This document shows positions 7,041 through 12,047 of a stretch of 12,047 nucleotides of DNA, piece by piece. Below the pieces are notes generated by a model. The model saw nothing but the letters and a program-made list of their open reading frames with translations, was not told the origin of the DNA and did not search any database. Source of the DNA: Promethearchaeota archaeon (GTDB lineage: Archaea > Asgardarchaeota > Lokiarchaeia > Sigyniarchaeales > SOKP01); the NCBI GenBank assembly GCA_016840085.1, contig JAEOTA010000033.1:1-12047 (forward strand). Reading direction: 5' to 3'. A program made the translations under genes and the position numbers. Positions within the stretch are counted from its first letter, which is position 1. Every line of letters begins with the position of its first letter.

Positions 7041-8000
7041 ATGCCAGAAAAAGTTGAAATTTCAGGGGTTGAATTAATCCTATCTGAGCCAGCTCAGGTA
7101 GATATGGAATGGGTTGGAAACGATGATTTAATTAATCAATTAAAAGCAGCTTGGATGATTGTTGATAAAGAGGATTTACCTCTTAATCCCCGAATACTAG
7201 GGAAGCCAGGAGTGGGTAAAACTACACTTGCTTATGCTGCGGGAAGAAGATTAGAAAAAGATGTATATATGTTTCAATGTACGATGGATACTCGCCCTGA
7301 AGATTTACTTATTAGTCCAGTCATAGCATCAGATACTAAAATAGCCTATGTTGCGAGTTCTTTAGTATCGGCTATGATAATGGGAGGAGTATGTTTGTTA
7401 GACGAGGGAAATAGGATGAGTGAGAAAAGCTGGGCTTCTTTAGCGCCATTAATGGATAAAAGACGCTACGTTGAGAGCATTATTGCAGGTATTAGAATTT
7501 ATGCTCATCCAGAATTTCGGTTATGTGTTACCATGAACGCAGATAGTAGTACGTATGAAATTCCAGAGTATATCATGTCAAGATTGAATCCTCGTATTCT
7601 AATAGAATTCCCTAATAAAATAGATGAGCTCAAAATTTTAAAGTACAATTTACCATTTGCATCAGAAGATATTTTAGAATATTGTGTCAACTTTCTCCAA
7701 AATGCTCATCAACACAATGAAAATTACGTTGTAAGGGATGGTATCAATATTATTAGATATTATATGAAAACAAGAGTAATAAAGAATAAAAATAAAGATA
7801 TTTTGGATGAAAAACAGTTTAAAAACGCAATTTTATTTGTTCTAGATGAAAATGCTATAAATTATTGTCCTGATGAGTATGAAAAATATCTGAAAAAACA
7901 GAAAGAATCAATTTCATTTAAGATATTTAAAGATATTGACGAAGTTAATGACTATTATGATAAATTTGTAAAAAAAACTGATGAGGATTCAGATATTTAG
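7041..8000 (+). CDS. MoxR-like AAA+ ATPase (AAA_5 / CbbQ-NirQ-type)
   Basis: Walker A GKPGVGKT, QCTMDTRPEDL helix-2 insert region, Walker B CLLDEGNR, sensor-1 FRLCVTMN, Arg-finger region IMSRL. Acidic C-terminal tail. Confidence 0.9.
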   Translation: MPEKVEISGVELILSEPAQVDMEWVGNDDLINQLKAAWMIVDKEDLPLNPRILGKPGVGKTTLAYAAGRRLEKDVYMFQCTMDTRPEDLLISPVIASDTKIAYVASSLVSAMIMGGVCLLDEGNRMSEKSWASLAPLMDKRRYVESIIAGIRIYAHPEFRLCVTMNADSSTYEIPEYIMSRLNPRILIEFPNKIDELKILKYNLPFASEDILEYCVNFLQNAHQHNENYVVRDGINIIRYYMKTRVIKNKNKDILDEKQFKNAILFVLDENAINYCPDEYEKYLKKQKESISFKIFKDIDEVNDYYDKFVKKTDEDSDI

Positions 8001-8028
8001 AATTTCATTTATTATATTTCAAGAAATT

Positions 8029-8037
8029 AAAAAAAAA
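8029..8037 (-). terminator. Poly-T (T9) archaeal terminator candidate for the membrane protein gene
   Basis: A9 run on the + strand in the convergent intergenic gap, about 57 nt past the stop at 8094. Confidence 0.35.
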
Positions 8038-8093
8038 TTTGTTATTAAATTGGTTTATGATTAGTGTAGATACTTACTGAAGATACCTCATCG

Positions 8094-8531
8094 CTACCGT
8101 TTAAAAAGTCGTATAATTAAACCTAATACTGTAAGGATACTTAATACTATAGATAATACACATCTAATTACAAATGGAAGTATCTGTGCAGCTGGAGCTG
8201 ACACATCAGCAAATGCTTGTAATACCATAGGCAACCATATCGATATAATAATAATATAAATAACCACTAGTCCTATCCCTATTCTATCTATTAATTTATA
8301 TCGAGTACTATTGACCCCCATCACTCCAACTAATGTAAATGTTTCAGCAAAAAAACAGTTAATTACTGGTATCATTAAAGTCAGAGCAAACGGAATTATG
8401 TATTGAGTTTCAATTTCTGCAAGAAGACTGGGACTCAAACCGATCATAATAACTAGCATCATTATTGATAGCACTGTTATTAAACCGCTACAAACTAAAA
8501 TCAGCATATTTCCTAATTTTGCGAATTTCAT
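8094..8531 (-). CDS. Hypothetical integral membrane protein, about 4 TM helices
   Basis: Four hydrophobic stretches (about aa 9-33, 45-72, 84-105, 118-141) with basic termini (MKFAK..., ...RLFKR). Confidence 0.8.
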   Translation of the reverse strand: MKFAKLGNMLILVCSGLITVLSIMMLVIMIGLSPSLLAEIETQYIIPFALTLMIPVINCFFAETFTLVGVMGVNSTRYKLIDRIGIGLVVIYIIIISIWLPMVLQAFADVSAPAAQILPFVIRCVLSIVLSILTVLGLIIRLFKR

Positions 8532-8777
8532 TGTTTTGTACTTTTTATTTGGATTTGTAATAAAATGTAAAATTTTTAACTATTTAAATCTTAATTATTA
8601 AATGAATTGGACTTTTAGGTAAAATTTAAAACAAAACTTATTAGAATTAAATATGAGAAATCGTAATATTTTGAAAAAAATGAAGGTAACTAAGAAATGT
8701 AAAGAGATGATTTAATCTAAATTAAATCAACTTATATAAGAAATCTTCTAAATTTAACATTATTTTTAACCGTCTTA

Positions 8778-10751
8778 ATGTTAGCAAATAATAACTATTA
8801 TAATCATGTTAATAATCCTGTTAATTCTTCAGTATATAGTGATATCCTTTCGAGAATCGTAGATCCCGTCAATCTTACGGCTGGAATGAGTTATGCTTCA
8901 AAATTAAATTATGAAATGAATAACTCTAATAATTTATTAGAAATACCTGCACCTTCAAATCAGGCATTTAATGCTAGTTTTGCAAATATCACAATGGGAA
9001 ATATAAAGGTACCTAATTTTAACCCATATCTTCAGACATATAATGAAAGAGGTCAACTACTTATAGAAGCTAACCGCCCTGCGACATCCTTTACAGTACC
9101 TTCAAACTGTCATTTAACCAATGCTTCTTTTTACTTTAATATATTTGCTGGAGATCCAGTTTTCTCTGTTCGCCTTCACAATTCAACATGGAATGATACA
9201 TTAGGCATCAATCAACCTTATGGAAATCCTTTTGTTCCAAATGATTATAAAACAATAAACATCTCCACACCAGGTGTATCGGGAGCTGGTTGGGTTAATT
9301 TTACATTCACCATTTCTCCTGATACTTATTTAAATAGCTCAAAGACAGATAATAACACATGGTATATTTGTCTTGTTGTAGGTTCGGGATCCGTTGAATG
9401 GAACTATGAGTTAGATGGTGAAAATGAAGATGATGATAATTCCTTGTCTTATGAGTTTAGTTTCCCAAACTGGTATCTAACTGAAGATTCAGGTGATATA
9501 GTAGACTACGCAGCAAAATTAGGATTTAAAAGAATAGAATTAACAATAAAACCGTCTGATATAGGATTGAAAATTAACGGATTTGCTGTGAAAGATGTTA
9601 ATAATCCAATTTATACGGGTCAATGGATTAGCACACGGATTCTAACGCCAAAACCAGATGGAAAATTAATATTGGATGTTACTGCTGATTATTGGGGCGT
9701 ATGCTGGACAATTTATAATATTTCAGTAAAATATACCAAAACTGACATAAAAGCAACAACTAATTTTACAATTCAGCTCGGTTCAATTGTAACTTGGGAA
9801 GTAAACAGAGCAGTTGAGGTGTTTAATATTAATTTTTCTGACTTTATCTTGAATTTTACAATTTCTGATACCTGGACTATTTCGAATTGTTATAACATCT
9901 CATCAGCAGATCCACACACATTTTTAGAATGGGATAAACCCGGACCCTATAAAGAAATTTCTATAGATGATGCTGGGAATAGTTCTAATTGGAGATTATT
10001 TTGTACAAGCATTAATTTTGCAGATAGCATTAGTATTTTAGTTGATGGTATTAATTCAACTACTGTCCATTATTTTGATGATCTCCAATTTGTAGCAGGA
10101 TTTAATGGCAAAATCACTGGAGATGTAAATCTTACAGTATATAGTTCGTCAGGTTTTATTAATTATACAACTGTGTATAGTTCCATTTCTGAGGTGAATG
10201 AAGTCGCATTCCCATCATTTGATTTAAGCGAGAATATATCTGAATATGGTAATTATATAATCCAGTATTATTGGTTCAATGCAACACATGTGGCTTATTT
10301 GGAGGAGGGTATTATAATTCTAGCAAACACTCAACTTTCGTTAATTTCTCCACCCCAAAATACCGAATTTGATCCTTCTGATACTTTTAGGATAACTGTC
10401 TATTATGATGATATTGGGTTAAATATTCCAATTAATGATGCTACTATTAATTATGAAATAAATGGAAGTGGAACACAAGTAGTTAGTACAAATAATGGAA
10501 CTTCTGGATATTATGAGATATTAATTAATTGTAGTACTTTGGGAACTGGACAAAAGACAGTTGATATAAATGCTATTAAAACTTTATATCAGGGTCAGTC
10601 ATTAACATATAATTTCTATATAAGTTCATCTCAAACTGGTGGTGGCATTACCATCTCGTTAGGAATGATGACTATTCTAATTGCTGCAAATATAGGAGTA
10701 ATAGGTATAATCTTACATATAAAAAAGAAAGGCAGACTTACAGTAGAATAA
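8778..10751 (+). CDS. Cell-surface glycoprotein with beta-rich (Ig-like) ectodomain and C-terminal membrane anchor; true start probably near 8721
   Basis: About 25 N-x-S/T sequons by manual count; N/S/T/I/Y-rich beta-strand composition; C-terminal GGG linker, hydrophobic helix (ITISLGMMTILIAANIGVIGIILHI) and KKKGR stop-transfer. Confidence 0.85.
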   Translation: MLANNNYYNHVNNPVNSSVYSDILSRIVDPVNLTAGMSYASKLNYEMNNSNNLLEIPAPSNQAFNASFANITMGNIKVPNFNPYLQTYNERGQLLIEANRPATSFTVPSNCHLTNASFYFNIFAGDPVFSVRLHNSTWNDTLGINQPYGNPFVPNDYKTINISTPGVSGAGWVNFTFTISPDTYLNSSKTDNNTWYICLVVGSGSVEWNYELDGENEDDDNSLSYEFSFPNWYLTEDSGDIVDYAAKLGFKRIELTIKPSDIGLKINGFAVKDVNNPIYTGQWISTRILTPKPDGKLILDVTADYWGVCWTIYNISVKYTKTDIKATTNFTIQLGSIVTWEVNRAVEVFNINFSDFILNFTISDTWTISNCYNISSADPHTFLEWDKPGPYKEISIDDAGNSSNWRLFCTSINFADSISILVDGINSTTVHYFDDLQFVAGFNGKITGDVNLTVYSSSGFINYTTVYSSISEVNEVAFPSFDLSENISEYGNYIIQYYWFNATHVAYLEEGIIILANTQLSLISPPQNTEFDPSDTFRITVYYDDIGLNIPINDATINYEINGSGTQVVSTNNGTSGYYEILINCSTLGTGQKTVDINAIKTLYQGQSLTYNFYISSSQTGGGITISLGMMTILIAANIGVIGIILHIKKKGRLTVE

Positions 10752-10775
10752 TTAAAAGGTTTAAGTATTTACTTC

Positions 10776-10787
10776 TTTTTTTTTTTT
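10776..10787 (+). terminator. Poly-T (T12) archaeal terminator
   Basis: Twelve consecutive T starting 25 nt after the stop of the surface protein gene. Confidence 0.6.
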
Positions 10788-10938
10788 AAAAATTAGGAAA
10801 ATTTACAAACAAGTTTCATAAATCAAATTTGAGAAACAGATTTTAATATCAAAAGTTACTTATTCTAATTCAGAAAACTGAAATTTTTTTCAAAATATTA
10901 AGTCATTTTAAGGAAATATGTGCTAAAAGAAGAATCAG

Positions 10939-12047
10939 ATGATAGAACAACCTTATATCAAATTTAAGAATATTTTTGTTATTCCTACGTTTCATTCGCG
11001 CATAGAGTTTGCGAAATTGGTTCGTACAGCGTTATTTAAAGTTTTTCCGGATGTTATCGCTGTAGAACTGCCAAATAATGTTCAAGATGAAGTAATAGAA
11101 GCCATTGAGAGGTTACCTTTTTTATCCTTAATTGGATATGCTGATACATTAAATCCAAAAAAGTTGAATTTTATCCCTGTAGATCCAGGAGATTCTATAA
11201 TGGAAAGTATCCAAATTGGTCTTGAACATAATATTCCAATTGAATTCATCGATCTCTCGATTTCCGAATACTTGCCTCCCAGCTTCAAACTTCCAGATGA
11301 TTATGCTATTAATCAGATTGGGCTTCTCAAGTTCTATCAACAGATTGCGAAATACTTTCAAAACGAGTTTAAAGATGAAAAAGATATTCTTAAGGGTAAG
11401 GTAAATTTAGGAGATTTTCTTAAAAATCAAGAAAAAGTAGATCAAAAATATAATTTCATTGAAAAAGATATTCTTAGAGAGAAATATATGGCTGCTCACC
11501 TTTTAAAATTAATGTCAATATATCATAGGGTTTTACTTATTATCGGCATGGCTCATTGGGAAAATGTAAAATATTATATTGAAAATCCAGAAAAAATTGA
11601 AGATATAGATTTGGAGTTAATTCCTCATAAATATGTAAAAATTTACAACATAAAAGGATCTGATGCCAGGTTCATTTTAAGAGAGCTACCATATCATACA
11701 TATAAATGGCTAAAATTTAGAGATAAATTTTCAAAAGTAAAATTAGAAAACATAGAAACTCCTGAAGAACTTTACAGTATTTTAAATTCATTTAATAAAA
11801 TTGAACAAATTAGATCAATTTTAATCAAAGCTAAATATGATTATGAAGAAGAATTTAAAGAATTTGTTGATCTTCATAAATTAAAAACATTATTTCAATA
11901 TTCTAGAAACCTTTCATTGACAGATCAAAGATTATTGCCAAATTTATATCACTTGTTAATAACTTCTAAGAATATAGTTGATGATGACTATGCGTGGAAA
12001 GTTATGGCAAAAGCTACCAAATATCCCTATGATGATGAGAGTGATAA
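10939..12047 (+). CDS. TraB/PrgY/GumN-EreA/ChaN-like (Tiki-fold) conserved protein (partial, runs off the right edge; not in ORF track)
   Basis: Frame is open from ATG 10939 to the window end (at least 369 codons): MIEQPYIKFKNIFVIPTFHSRIEF...FPDVIAVELP...IPVDPGDS...IPIEFIDL...LREKYMAAHL...RVLLIIGMAHW. The H...PD-x-I-A-V-E...RE-x-x-MA...G-x-x-H pattern is typical of that superfamily. Confidence 0.75.
   Translation, partial: MIEQPYIKFKNIFVIPTFHSRIEFAKLVRTALFKVFPDVIAVELPNNVQDEVIEAIERLPFLSLIGYADTLNPKKLNFIPVDPGDSIMESIQIGLEHNIPIEFIDLSISEYLPPSFKLPDDYAINQIGLLKFYQQIAKYFQNEFKDEKDILKGKVNLGDFLKNQEKVDQKYNFIEKDILREKYMAAHLLKLMSIYHRVLLIIGMAHWENVKYYIENPEKIEDIDLELIPHKYVKIYNIKGSDARFILRELPYHTYKWLKFRDKFSKVKLENIETPEELYSILNSFNKIEQIRSILIKAKYDYEEEFKEFVDLHKLKTLFQYSRNLSLTDQRLLPNLYHLLITSKNIVDDDYAWKVMAKATKYPYDDESD

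Noticed and set aside
7505-7690. 61-aa minus-strand ORF
   Set aside because: Antisense inside the AAA+ ATPase.
11082-11404. Three short ORFs in the track (11082-11288 -, 11149-11361 -, 11216-11404 +)
   Set aside because: All lie within the long real frame 10939->12047.
1-12047. CRISPR array, IS element, integrase, rRNA/tRNA
   Set aside because: No regularly spaced repeats, terminal inverted repeats, transposase motifs or RNA-gene signatures seen.

Overview
AT-rich, gene-dense archaeal window. Two Rab-like small GTPases without prenylation tails, BRE/TATA-type promoters, poly-T terminators and a sequon-rich surface protein point to an Asgard archaeon, most like Lokiarchaeia (inference). Left part: amino-acid/peptide metabolism genes, namely a partial alpha/beta hydrolase, an unannotated M24-peptidase remnant, an M20 ArgE/DapE-family enzyme, a GyrI-like protein, a small hypothetical and a class I/II aminotransferase. 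Centre: a co-oriented minus-strand run of PPC/DUF296 protein, Rab-like GTPase, V4R (Bet3/TRAPP-related fold) protein and a second Rab-like GTPase. This is the best candidate for an undescribed system: a possible proto-TRAPP-like regulator paired with Rab-like GTPases. Right part: a MoxR-type AAA+ ATPase, a 4-TM membrane protein, a C-terminally anchored surface glycoprotein whose signal peptide seems to lie upstream of the first ATG, and a partial TraB/EreA/ChaN-like protein missing from the ORF track. No rRNA, tRNA, CRISPR array or mobile element was recognised.
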